Shown here piece after piece: positions 15,826-25,114 of a stretch of DNA of 32,000 bases. Position 1 is the first letter of the stretch, and the number at the start of each line of letters is the position of its first letter. The notes under the pieces were generated by a model. The model was given only the letters and a program-made list of their open reading frames with translations, did no database searches and was not told where the DNA came from. The stretch is taken from positions 30,001 through 62,000 of the forward strand of contig NZ_MPKA01000139.1 in assembly GCF_001945605.1 (NCBI RefSeq). Direction: 5' to 3'. Source of the DNA: Dubosiella newyorkensis (GTDB lineage Bacteria; Bacillota_I; Bacilli_A; Erysipelotrichales; Erysipelotrichaceae). Made by a program: the position numbers and the translations under genes.

Positions 15826-17097
15826 ATGCCTAGGACTCGAAAAAAAACTTCAAAAAAAGAAGCCAAATATTTAAAACGGATCAAGCGCAGACAAGCGCTG
15901 CGCGATTTTCTCAATGGGATCAGCTTGCGAGAAAATAGCGATCGAACGATCAATATCTGCGTCTTTTTATTAATGTGTTTTGGAACCGCTATGATCGCTT
16001 CTGTTGCAGTGGGGGCGACAAAATCATCGATCATGACCGTCATCAAAGCGATCGTAAAGCAGATCAGCTTTTTGCTTGCTTCCTATATCTGTATCGTTTC
16101 AGCTAATAAAATCATCACCCTAAAACGCGTATGGCGATTGAGAGCGATGCTTTTATTGATCTTTGTCGCGCTGATGATCATCCCTTTTGCTTTCCCGGCT
16201 ATCGGAGGCTCCCACGCTTGGATCCAATTGCCGATCGGAGTCACGTTCCAACCTTCTGAATTTGGAAAGCCTTTGATCATTTTGTTTACCGCCAGCGCGG
16301 TATTTGCCGCCATCCGAAAACGTAAAATGCAAGAATCGTTTTGGAAAATGTTTTCATTTCCGCTCATCGCCTATGGGATCACATTGATCCTTTTAGTCTT
16401 GCAGAAAGACTTTGGAACGCTCATGATCATATCCGGGATCTTTTATTTCTGCTTGATGGTGCCTAGCTATCCAAAGATCCAAAAAGTCCAAAGGATCGCG
16501 ACGACCCTTCTTGTGGTCGGGGCGCTGAGCGCCGGGCTCTTGTTCTTTGTCAGCGACATCGGCGTCAATATGCTCAAACAAACGCCATTGGCCCATATCG
16601 CCACCCGCATCGAAAATATGAAAAACCCATTCAATGATATTTATGGAAACGGATATCAACCAGCGAATTCTTTGTATGGGATCGCCGACAGCAATATTTT
16701 TGGAAAAGGCTTTGGGAATTCCTCGCGAAAATATGGGTATTTGACCCAAGCCGACAATGACTATATTTTAGCGGTCACGATCGAAGAAACCGGCATCTTT
16801 GGCTTGGGCTTTATCCTCTTGATGTATACCTTGATCGAATATAGACTATTTTATTACGCATTAAGGACAAGGGATGTCCCCAAAAAAATCATTTTGATCG
16901 GGACAGGCGCCTATCTTTTCATGCATTTCGCGCTGAATGTCGGAGGAGTCGGCGCTTTGATCCCGATGACAGGAATCCCGCTCTTATATATTTCCAGCGG
17001 TGGCTCATCGATCTTAGCGATCTCTTTGACGATCGGGGTCGCACAACAATGCATCTCTCGTATCCGCGAACAAGAAATGAAAGGAGAATTCAAATGA
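15826..17097 (+). CDS. SEDS-family peptidoglycan glycosyltransferase (FtsW/RodA/SpoVE)
   Basis: 423 aa, about 10 TM helices, with characteristic QPSEFGKP, DNDYILAVTIEETG and GIPLLYISSGGSS segments. Has a basic N-terminal tail. Confidence 0.9.
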   Translation: MPRTRKKTSKKEAKYLKRIKRRQALRDFLNGISLRENSDRTINICVFLLMCFGTAMIASVAVGATKSSIMTVIKAIVKQISFLLASYICIVSANKIITLKRVWRLRAMLLLIFVALMIIPFAFPAIGGSHAWIQLPIGVTFQPSEFGKPLIILFTASAVFAAIRKRKMQESFWKMFSFPLIAYGITLILLVLQKDFGTLMIISGIFYFCLMVPSYPKIQKVQRIATTLLVVGALSAGLLFFVSDIGVNMLKQTPLAHIATRIENMKNPFNDIYGNGYQPANSLYGIADSNIFGKGFGNSSRKYGYLTQADNDYILAVTIEETGIFGLGFILLMYTLIEYRLFYYALRTRDVPKKIILIGTGAYLFMHFALNVGGVGALIPMTGIPLLYISSGGSSILAISLTIGVAQQCISRIREQEMKGEFK

Positions 17098-17567
17098 GAG
17101 CCGCCTTTTGCGGAAGCTTTGATCCGCCAACCTTAGGCCATCTCGATATTATCGAGCGCGCGAGCACACTTTTTGATGAGCTGATCGTTTTAGTCGCCAC
17201 CAATTCATCAAAAAGTTCCATGTTTTCCATGGAGCAGCGGCTCGCCTGGCTTCGAGAAGCTTGCCAAGACTTGCCCAACGTCACCTGCAAGATCCAAAAA
17301 GGACTGATTGTTCAAGCCTGCCAAGAACACGAGATTCATGTTCTCGTACGCGGCATCCGCAACGAACAAGACTGCGCCTATGAACAAAACATGGCCTTTA
17401 TGAACGCCTATCTAGACCCAAACATAGAGACGATCTGCCTATTTACCAAACCAGAATATGACTTGTTTTCGAGCTCGAACGTTCGGGAACTCTTAAAATA
17501 CCACCAAAACATTCAGCCTTTTGTGCCTGCTTGCGTATTCAAAAGCTTAGAAAAGGAGAGAACATGA
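17094..17567 (+). CDS. coaD: Phosphopantetheine adenylyltransferase
   Basis: MRAAFCGSFDPPTLGHLDIIERA (the GSFDPxTxGH motif). ATGA overlap with the upstream stop, AGGAG SD. Confidence 0.95.
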   Translation: MRAAFCGSFDPPTLGHLDIIERASTLFDELIVLVATNSSKSSMFSMEQRLAWLREACQDLPNVTCKIQKGLIVQACQEHEIHVLVRGIRNEQDCAYEQNMAFMNAYLDPNIETICLFTKPEYDLFSSSNVRELLKYHQNIQPFVPACVFKSLEKERT

Positions 17568-18247
17568 AAACATTGACAGAATGGATGGAAGCGCATGGTT
17601 ATCATGTCAACGATCCAAAAATCTATAAAGAAGCGTGTACGCACTCCTCGTACGCAAATGAACACCATAAAGGAGAAGACGACAACGAACGCCTGGAATT
17701 CATGGGGGATGCCGTCTTGCAGATCTGGAGCGCGCAGCAGCTCTTTGAAATGCGCCCCAAAATGCGTGAAGGAAAAATGACCACCTTGCGCGCCCAAACC
17801 GTATGCGAAGCCACCCTCGCTCACTTGAACGAGCAGCTTGGCTGGTATAAATACTTACTGCTAGGAGTCGGCGAAGAAAAATCCGGAGGGCGCAAGCGCG
17901 CCAGCATCTTGGCCGATCATTTTGAGGCGTGTATCGGAGCCGTCTATCTAGATCAAGGCTACGAGGCCGTCGACTCGATCCTTCAAAAAGTGATGAAACC
18001 CGTATTCAAAGAAGAAAAAGGCGATGAAGTCACCGACTACAAGACCCACCTGCAAGAAGTCGTCCAAGCCGATACGCGCAAGACGATCCAATACAAGCTC
18101 ATCGAAGAAGTTGGTCCAAGCAACGCGCCGACCTTCACGATGGGCGTATATCTCGACGATATTTGTTTAGGCGTAGGTGTAAGCAGCACCAAAAAGAAAG
18201 CCGAACAAATGGCCGCCAAAGATGCCTTCGAGAAAATGGCACGCTAA
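17564..18247 (+). CDS. rnc: Ribonuclease III
   Basis: ERLEFMGDAVL signature and a C-terminal dsRBD (KTHLQE...KKKAEQMAAKDA). ATGA overlap with coaD, AAGGAG SD. Confidence 0.95.
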   Translation: MKTLTEWMEAHGYHVNDPKIYKEACTHSSYANEHHKGEDDNERLEFMGDAVLQIWSAQQLFEMRPKMREGKMTTLRAQTVCEATLAHLNEQLGWYKYLLLGVGEEKSGGRKRASILADHFEACIGAVYLDQGYEAVDSILQKVMKPVFKEEKGDEVTDYKTHLQEVVQADTRKTIQYKLIEEVGPSNAPTFTMGVYLDDICLGVGVSSTKKKAEQMAAKDAFEKMAR

Positions 18248-18259
18248 GAAAGGGGAACG

Positions 18260-21200
18260 ATGCAGACAAACGATATACAAGCTTTGATCGAGTTCCTGCC
18301 ACAGGAGCTCGCCTCTTTTTTTAAGGAAGCCTCCTTTTATAAAAGACCAGAATTTCATACCAAACGACGAGAACTCGTATTAGGGATCCAGCTGCCAGCC
18401 CCTCTTGATTTTGAAGTCTACGAGAACTTGATCGATAAGATCAAACTCGCCTTTCATTGCGCTTTGGATCTTAGCATCCAAACTAAAACATCAAGCCTCT
18501 CGATCAACGAGCTCGCCCGCTATATTGCCTATTTTATTCAAAAGGACAACAAGCTCTCGTGCTTTCGACATTTAAGCCCTGTCCAAGGCGAACAATCTTT
18601 TCGCTTTATCACATCGAGCGAAGAAAAAGCCAGTGCCATGAAACGACAGCTCTCACGCCTTCAACAAGCGCTTGCCAGCGCAGGAATCGATATGGAAATC
18701 GGAATCGATTTGAGCGAAGACGACGCGCCCATCGAACAAGTCAAGATCGAGCTTCCCGCCTATGAAAAGGCGCAACCACCAAAGCCGGTCCAAAGCTACA
18801 CTCGCTATAAAAAAGAAGCCGCGCCGACCTTAAAGATCCACGAACTCCAGCAAGGATTAGAAAACGTCGCCATCGAAGCCCATATTTTCGATATCGACAA
18901 CCGTGTCACTAAAGCGGGGAAAACGCTCCAAATGCTGTATTTATCGGATTACGACGACGCGATCGTCGCTAAACGCTTCGAAGGAAAACGCCATACGATC
19001 GAATCGATCGAATCGATCCAAAAAGGAATGCAAGTCAAAGTCACGGGCGATGTCGTCTACGATACGTATTCAAAGACAAACGCCTTCATGATCTCCAAGA
19101 TCGAAGAGATCCCCGTCAAAAAGCGGAAAGACACAAGCGAAGAAAAACGGATCGAATGGCATGTCCACTCCAATTTTTCCGAAATGGACGGCGTGTGCGA
19201 TATCGAAGAATATATCCAGACCGCCTATGATTGGGGCATGGAAGCGATCGCGATCTGCGATCATCAAGTCGTGCAAGCCTTTCCGATGGCCCAACATAAA
19301 GTCAGCGCTCTATTAAAGAAAAATAAAGACCGCCCTTTCAAAATGATGTATGGATGCGAAATGAGCATGGTCGATCCAGAATACAAGATCGTCCACAACA
19401 ACGATCATCGAACTCTTGAAGACTCTGAATATGTCGTCTTCGACTTGGAAACGACCGGTTTATCCAACCGCCTCGATTCGATCATTGAATTTGGCGCCGT
19501 CAAGATCAAAGGACGCGATGTGATCGACCGCAAGCAGCTCTTTATCAACCCAAAACGCACGATTCCCGCCAACATCATTTCGTTGACAAACATCCACCAA
19601 AGCGATGTCGATACCGCCAAACCGATCGAAGAGGTCCTCCAAGACTTGCTCGACTGGATCGGGGACACGATCTTGGTCGCGCACAACGCCACATTCGATG
19701 TCGGCTTCATGAACGCCGCCTGCCGTCAAGTCGGCCTTCAAGAACTGAGTAATCCCGTGATCGATACGCTGCCGCTTGCTCATTCGCTCCTCGATCTCAA
19801 ACGCTATAAACTAGGAAACGTCTGTCGCCATTATGGAGTCAAATACGATGGCGAAGGCGCGCATAGAGCCGACTATGATGCGGAAGTGCTCTCGCTAGTC
19901 CTTTTCCATATGCTTAACGCGTTTGGTGGCGAAGCCACATTGGACGATCTGCAAAACAACCAAAAAGAAGACAGCTTTAAAAAAGTCAAGCCTTCCCATA
20001 TCACGGTTTTCGCCAAAAACAAAGCCGGCCTGAAAGAGCTTTTTGAACTCATCACGCTCTCTCATACCAAGTATTTGGCCTATAACGGAAAATCGACCGA
20101 AAACGTCGTCGCGGAACCTCGCATTCCACGCTTCGAACTCGAAAAAATGCACGCGAAAGGCAATCTGCTGTTTGGCTCCGCGTGCCAAAACGGAGAGATC
20201 TTCGACCTTGCGCATACAAGAGATCATCAGAAGCTCAAAGAAGCGATGCGCTTTTATGACTATATCGAAGTGCAACCGCTCGAGTGCTATCGAAACTTGA
20301 TCGATCGCGGCTCCATCTTGAATGGAGACGATCTACGCAAGATCATCGGCTACATTCTAGAAGCCGCGCAAGAAGAAGGAAAAACCGTGATCGCCACAAG
20401 CGACGCCCATTATGTCCATCCTTATGAAAAGAGGATCCGGGATATTTATATCAACGCGAAAGCGATCGGGAACGCGCGCCATCCACTCTATAAGTATAAA
20501 CTCCAAGATCGTCGGATGTATCCAGCCCCGAACCAACACTTGCTCACCACCCAGGAAATGCTCGACGCCTTTGCCTGGATCGGAGAAGAGCAAGCTCGTC
20601 AAATCGTCATCGAGAATCCGAAAAAGCTCGCCGAGCAAATGGAAGTGATCTATCCGATCAAAGATAAACTGTATCCGCCAGACATCGAAGGCTCTGACCA
20701 AAAGCTCCGCGACATTTGTATGGAAACCGCACATCAATGGTATGGAGACGATCTTCCTGACATCGTCGTCCAACGCCTGCAAAGAGAACTCGATTCGATC
20801 ATTGGCGCTGGTTATTATGTGGTCTACTACATTTCCCATCTGCTCGTTAAAAAGAGCCGAGAGGATGGATATCTTGTTGGATCGAGAGGATCTGTCGGCT
20901 CTAGCTTTGTGGCGACCATGTCCGGAATCACCGAAGTCAATCCGCTTTTGCCTCATTATATTTGCCATCATTGCCACCATTATGAGTTTTTAGATGGAGA
21001 GGAAGTAAAATCCGGCTTTGATCTGCCCGACAAAGAATGTCCTGTCTGCCATCATACGATGCGAGGCGATGGACAAGATATTCCATTCGAGACGTTTTTA
21101 GGCTTTGAAGGCGATAAAGTTCCCGATATCGATTTGAACTTCTCGGGAGAATATCAAGCCAACGCCCATGCCTACACGAAAGAAGTGTTCGGAGAAGATC

Positions 21201-22558
21201 ACGTCTTCCGCGCTGGCACAGTAGGAACCGTCCAAGAAAAGACCGCGTATGGATTCGTGCGCGGCTATGAAGAAGAAATGGACTTGGAGATCCCATTTAG
21301 CGAAGTTAAACGGACCGATCTTGCCAAAGGGTGCGAAGGCGTCAAACGAACGACAGGACAGCATCCAGGAGGGATCGTCGTGGTTCCTCTCGATATGGAT
21401 GTGCACGATTTTACACCTGTTCAATATCCAGCCAACAACCCGTATGCTGAATGGAAAACGACGCACTTCGATTTCCACCAGATCCACGACAACATCTTGA
21501 AATTCGATATATTAGGCCATGTCGATCCAACCGCCATGAAGATGCTCGAAAGAATGACCGGCATCGACGTGACGACGATCCCGATGAACGATCCTAAGAC
21601 GATGTCCATCTTCTCTTCGCTTGATGGCTTGGACATCAATTCGACACGCTATTCGGAAGTGACAGGAGCTGCCGGTATTCCCGAATTTGGAACGCCATTT
21701 GTCCGCGGAATCTTGGAAATGACAAAACCAAAGACATTCGCCGAACTCGTGACGATCTCAGGCTTATCGCATGGAACGAATGTCTGGCTCTCGAACGCCA
21801 AAGACCTCATTGAAAATGGGACATGTCAGCTTAATGAAGTCATCGGTTGTCGAGATGACATCATGGTCGATCTCATGGGATATGGCCTTCCGCCGAAACA
21901 AAGTTTTACGATCATGGAGAGCGTGCGGAAAGGAAAAGGTCTAAAAGACGAGTGGGAGCAGCTCATGAAAGAACACAATGTGCCAGACTGGTATATTGAT
22001 TCGTGCAAAAAGATCAAATACATGTTCCCGAAAGCGCACGCGGTCGCCTATGTGATGATGGCTGTCCGCATCGCGTGGTTCAAGGTCCATAAGCCTGTCT
22101 ATTATTATTGTCAATATTTCAGCATTCGCTGCGACGCTTATGATATCGAGACGATGATCAAAGGCGAAGAAGCGATCCGCAAGCGCATGAGCGAAATCAA
22201 GATGAATAAAGATCAAAATTCGCCAAAAGAAAAAGCGATCTACGATACGCTCGAGCTCGCCTTAGAAATGGTGCTGCGGGGTTTCCGTTTCACGAATCTT
22301 TCGATCAATCGCTCAGCCGCGACGGAATTTAGAGTCAATCCAGACAATGAAAAAGAGATCATTCCTCCTTTTACGGCGCTGGATGGATTAGGCGACAACG
22401 TAGGAAGGTCGATCGTCAAAGCAAGAGAGGAGCAGCCTTTCCTCTCCAAAGAAGATGTATTGAAACGGACCTTGATCTCAAAAACGCTTCTCGATAAGCT
22501 TTCACAAATGAACGCGACCGAAGGCCTAGATGAAAAGAATCAGCTGACACTCTTTTAA
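18260..22558 (+). CDS. polC: DNA polymerase III alpha subunit, PolC-type
   Basis: 1432 aa. Has a PHP domain, an inserted DEDD exonuclease (VVFDLETTGL...HNATFDVGF...HRADYDA), a Zn finger CHHCHH...CPVCHH and the polymerase core. Confidence 0.98.
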   Translation: MQTNDIQALIEFLPQELASFFKEASFYKRPEFHTKRRELVLGIQLPAPLDFEVYENLIDKIKLAFHCALDLSIQTKTSSLSINELARYIAYFIQKDNKLSCFRHLSPVQGEQSFRFITSSEEKASAMKRQLSRLQQALASAGIDMEIGIDLSEDDAPIEQVKIELPAYEKAQPPKPVQSYTRYKKEAAPTLKIHELQQGLENVAIEAHIFDIDNRVTKAGKTLQMLYLSDYDDAIVAKRFEGKRHTIESIESIQKGMQVKVTGDVVYDTYSKTNAFMISKIEEIPVKKRKDTSEEKRIEWHVHSNFSEMDGVCDIEEYIQTAYDWGMEAIAICDHQVVQAFPMAQHKVSALLKKNKDRPFKMMYGCEMSMVDPEYKIVHNNDHRTLEDSEYVVFDLETTGLSNRLDSIIEFGAVKIKGRDVIDRKQLFINPKRTIPANIISLTNIHQSDVDTAKPIEEVLQDLLDWIGDTILVAHNATFDVGFMNAACRQVGLQELSNPVIDTLPLAHSLLDLKRYKLGNVCRHYGVKYDGEGAHRADYDAEVLSLVLFHMLNAFGGEATLDDLQNNQKEDSFKKVKPSHITVFAKNKAGLKELFELITLSHTKYLAYNGKSTENVVAEPRIPRFELEKMHAKGNLLFGSACQNGEIFDLAHTRDHQKLKEAMRFYDYIEVQPLECYRNLIDRGSILNGDDLRKIIGYILEAAQEEGKTVIATSDAHYVHPYEKRIRDIYINAKAIGNARHPLYKYKLQDRRMYPAPNQHLLTTQEMLDAFAWIGEEQARQIVIENPKKLAEQMEVIYPIKDKLYPPDIEGSDQKLRDICMETAHQWYGDDLPDIVVQRLQRELDSIIGAGYYVVYYISHLLVKKSREDGYLVGSRGSVGSSFVATMSGITEVNPLLPHYICHHCHHYEFLDGEEVKSGFDLPDKECPVCHHTMRGDGQDIPFETFLGFEGDKVPDIDLNFSGEYQANAHAYTKEVFGEDHVFRAGTVGTVQEKTAYGFVRGYEEEMDLEIPFSEVKRTDLAKGCEGVKRTTGQHPGGIVVVPLDMDVHDFTPVQYPANNPYAEWKTTHFDFHQIHDNILKFDILGHVDPTAMKMLERMTGIDVTTIPMNDPKTMSIFSSLDGLDINSTRYSEVTGAAGIPEFGTPFVRGILEMTKPKTFAELVTISGLSHGTNVWLSNAKDLIENGTCQLNEVIGCRDDIMVDLMGYGLPPKQSFTIMESVRKGKGLKDEWEQLMKEHNVPDWYIDSCKKIKYMFPKAHAVAYVMMAVRIAWFKVHKPVYYYCQYFSIRCDAYDIETMIKGEEAIRKRMSEIKMNKDQNSPKEKAIYDTLELALEMVLRGFRFTNLSINRSAATEFRVNPDNEKEIIPPFTALDGLGDNVGRSIVKAREEQPFLSKEDVLKRTLISKTLLDKLSQMNATEGLDEKNQLTLF

Positions 22559-22567
22559 GGAAGTATT

Positions 22568-23236
22568 ATGTATAAAATTATGATTATCGAAGATGACAAG
22601 ATCATCGCTAGAGAAATGAAAACATTTCTTGAATCGTGGGATTATCAAGGAATTCTGGTCCATGATTTTCATCAAGTTCTCGAGGAATGGCAAAACACGA
22701 ATCCCGATCTGATTTTGATGGATATCTCTTTGCCCTATAAAAACGGTTATTATTGGACAGAACAGATCCGAAAGTACTCCAAAGTCCCGATCATTTTTAT
22801 ATCGAGCCGCAACGACAATATGAATATCGTGATGGCGCTCTCGCAAGGCGGGGATGATTTTATCGCTAAGCCGTTCGATCTGCAAGTCCTCCTTTATAAG
22901 ATCAAAGCGCTTTTACGACGAACCTACGATTTTTCCGGAAAGACAGAATGGCTCGAACAAAACGGGGTACGCTTCAATATGGATGAAAATCTTGTCACGT
23001 ATCAAGATCGATCTGTCGAATTGACCAAAAACGAAGGCAAGATCCTACGATTGTTGATGGAAAAAAAAGATAAGATCGTCCGGCGTGAAGAATTGATGGA
23101 ATATTTATGGAAGACGGATTATTATGTCGATGAAAACGCCTTAAGCGTCAATATCAATCGCCTCCGGAAAAAATTGGAGCGGATCGGGATCCACGACTTT
23201 ATCCAAACGAAAAAAGGATTGGGCTATCTTGTATGA
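22568..23236 (+). CDS. OmpR-family response regulator, BceR/GraR-like
   Basis: Receiver domain (MIIEDD...LILMDISLP) plus a winged-helix output domain (LTKNEGKILRLL...GLGYLV). Starts 9 nt after the polC stop. Confidence 0.9.
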   Translation: MYKIMIIEDDKIIAREMKTFLESWDYQGILVHDFHQVLEEWQNTNPDLILMDISLPYKNGYYWTEQIRKYSKVPIIFISSRNDNMNIVMALSQGGDDFIAKPFDLQVLLYKIKALLRRTYDFSGKTEWLEQNGVRFNMDENLVTYQDRSVELTKNEGKILRLLMEKKDKIVRREELMEYLWKTDYYVDENALSVNINRLRKKLERIGIHDFIQTKKGLGYLV

Positions 23237-24231
23237 AGTCGTTTTGGAAGTATCTTTCCAATCGAAAAAGGATCGTATGGATGCTGCTCAGCTTCTGGCT
23301 CACGGCTCTATTGATCACCTTTTTATATAGCCTGACATGGGAAGCGTTTTGGTATGGAAGCGCGATCGCCGCAGTCTTTCTCCTTTTATTCATGAGCGTC
23401 GATCTTTATCGCTTTCAAGAACAAAACAAAGTATGGAAGCTCGTCCTCAACCAAGAAAAGCTCCTCGATGTCGATCTAAGCAAATGCACGAGCGACCCCT
23501 TGCTGCAGGAGGTGTTTAAAAAAATCGAGAAAGAAGAGTTTGAACGGCAAGAAAACGAGCATGCCAAGTATGGGCGTTTGATCGATTACTTTACGCTTTG
23601 GACTCATCAAATCAAGATCCCGATCTCGGCGATGGAGCTTTTACTCAAAAACGATCCCGAACGGGTGGTGGATCTTAAAGAAGAAACACTTCAAATCAAA
23701 CGATATACCGATATGGTGATGGCGTATTTGCGTTTGGAGAGTGAAAGCGGCGATTACGTGTTTGAAAATGTCGATCTTGACGAGGTGATCGCCTCTGTCA
23801 TTCGGGAGTTTTCGATCGAATTCATTTATCGCAAGATCCCGATCGACTTTCAAAAGACAAATCTTATCGTACTTTCCGATCGAAAATGGCTTCGCTTCGC
23901 GTTAGAACAGTTTCTATCCAACGCGATCAAATATTCAGAAGGACAGAAGATCACGATCCGAAATATTGGCTATGATCTCTTTATCGAAGATCGAGGGATC
24001 GGGATCTTGAAGCGAGATCTTGAGCGGATACGCGAAAAAGGCTATACGGGACACAATGGCCGTCTCTACTCCAAAGAATCGAGCGGCTTAGGCTTGTATT
24101 TAAGCGACATTGTGCTCAAACGCCTCCATCATCCTTATACGATTGAATCCAAAGTTGGAAAAGGAACGACCATCATCCTCTCCTTGCAGCGACATGATCT
24201 ATTCAAAGACGACTTAGACCTTGGATCCTAA
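23233..24231 (+). CDS. Intramembrane-sensing histidine kinase, BceS-like
   Basis: Two N-terminal TM helices with almost no extracellular loop. H-box region WTHQIKIPISAM, N-box FLSNAIKYS, G-box EDRGIGI...GLGLYL. ATGA overlap with the regulator. Confidence 0.9.
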   Translation: MKSFWKYLSNRKRIVWMLLSFWLTALLITFLYSLTWEAFWYGSAIAAVFLLLFMSVDLYRFQEQNKVWKLVLNQEKLLDVDLSKCTSDPLLQEVFKKIEKEEFERQENEHAKYGRLIDYFTLWTHQIKIPISAMELLLKNDPERVVDLKEETLQIKRYTDMVMAYLRLESESGDYVFENVDLDEVIASVIREFSIEFIYRKIPIDFQKTNLIVLSDRKWLRFALEQFLSNAIKYSEGQKITIRNIGYDLFIEDRGIGILKRDLERIREKGYTGHNGRLYSKESSGLGLYLSDIVLKRLHHPYTIESKVGKGTTIILSLQRHDLFKDDLDLGS

Positions 24232-24249
24232 CATTCAAGGTCTTTTTCT
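24216..24249 (+). terminator. Rho-independent terminator overlapping the kinase stop
   Basis: AGACCTTG (24216-24223) / CAAGGTCT (24236-24243) followed by T5. Confidence 0.7.
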
Positions 24250-24255
24250 TTCGCG

Positions 24256-24283
24256 TTTGTAAGATTCTTGACTTTTTTGTAAG
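24256..24283 (+). promoter_or_regulatory. Direct repeat TTTGTAAG x2 (20-bp period), candidate BceR-like regulator binding site
   Basis: TTTGTAAG occurs at 24256-24263 and 24276-24283, upstream of TATAAT (24316-24321). That -10 has no good -35, which suggests an activator-dependent promoter. Confidence 0.35.
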
Positions 24284-24346
24284 CCAAATCGATGGGAGGC
24301 ATTTTTTGAACTCTTTATAATAAAAGCAGTTAAGGAGGAAAATCGT

Positions 24347-25114
24347 ATGCCATTATTGGAAGTTAAAAATATAAAAAAAGTGTATACATCGCGGTTAGGG
24401 GTCCATCAAGTCCAAGCGCTTGAAAACGTGAATTTTACGGTGGATGAAGGGGAATATGTCGCGATCATGGGAGAATCGGGGGCCGGAAAAACGACGCTGC
24501 TCAATATTTTGGCCGCGCTTGATAAACCGACGAGCGGCTCGATCTTGCTCAACGGAAAGGATATGACCACGATCAGAGATTCTTCGATCTCCGCTTTCCG
24601 CCGCAAACATCTAGGTTTCGTGTTTCAAGACTTTAATTTATTAGAAACATTCAACAATCAAGACAATATCTTTTTGCCACTCGTCTTATCGAATGAGAAG
24701 TACAGTCAAATGAAAAAGAAGATCCAGCCTCTTGCCAAAGAGCTAGGGATCCAAGATCTGCTCAAAAAATTTCCATACGAGATCAGTGGCGGACAAAAAC
24801 AGCGTGTCGCCGTCGCAAGAGCGCTGATTACAGAACCTGAACTCATTTTGGCCGATGAGCCTACAGGCGCCTTGGATTCAAGAAGCACAGAAGAGCTATT
24901 GCGCTTGTTTAAGCAAGTCAATGAAAGAGGGCAGACGATCTTGATGGTCACCCATTCGATCTTGGCGGCCTCGCATGCCAAACGCGTCTTGTTTATCAAA
25001 GATGGGATCGTCTTTCATCAAATCTATCGAGGTGAAAAAAACCAAGACGAGATGTATCAAATGATTTCGGATACGCTCTCCTTGCTGACAAGGGAGGAAT
25101 CTTTCCATGTCTAA
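24347..25114 (+). CDS. ABC transporter ATP-binding protein, BceA/MacB-type
   Basis: Walker A GESGAGKTT, signature SGGQKQRVAVARAL, Walker B LILADEPTGALD. AAGGAGG SD. Confidence 0.95.
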   Translation: MPLLEVKNIKKVYTSRLGVHQVQALENVNFTVDEGEYVAIMGESGAGKTTLLNILAALDKPTSGSILLNGKDMTTIRDSSISAFRRKHLGFVFQDFNLLETFNNQDNIFLPLVLSNEKYSQMKKKIQPLAKELGIQDLLKKFPYEISGGQKQRVAVARALITEPELILADEPTGALDSRSTEELLRLFKQVNERGQTILMVTHSILAASHAKRVLFIKDGIVFHQIYRGEKNQDEMYQMISDTLSLLTREESFHV

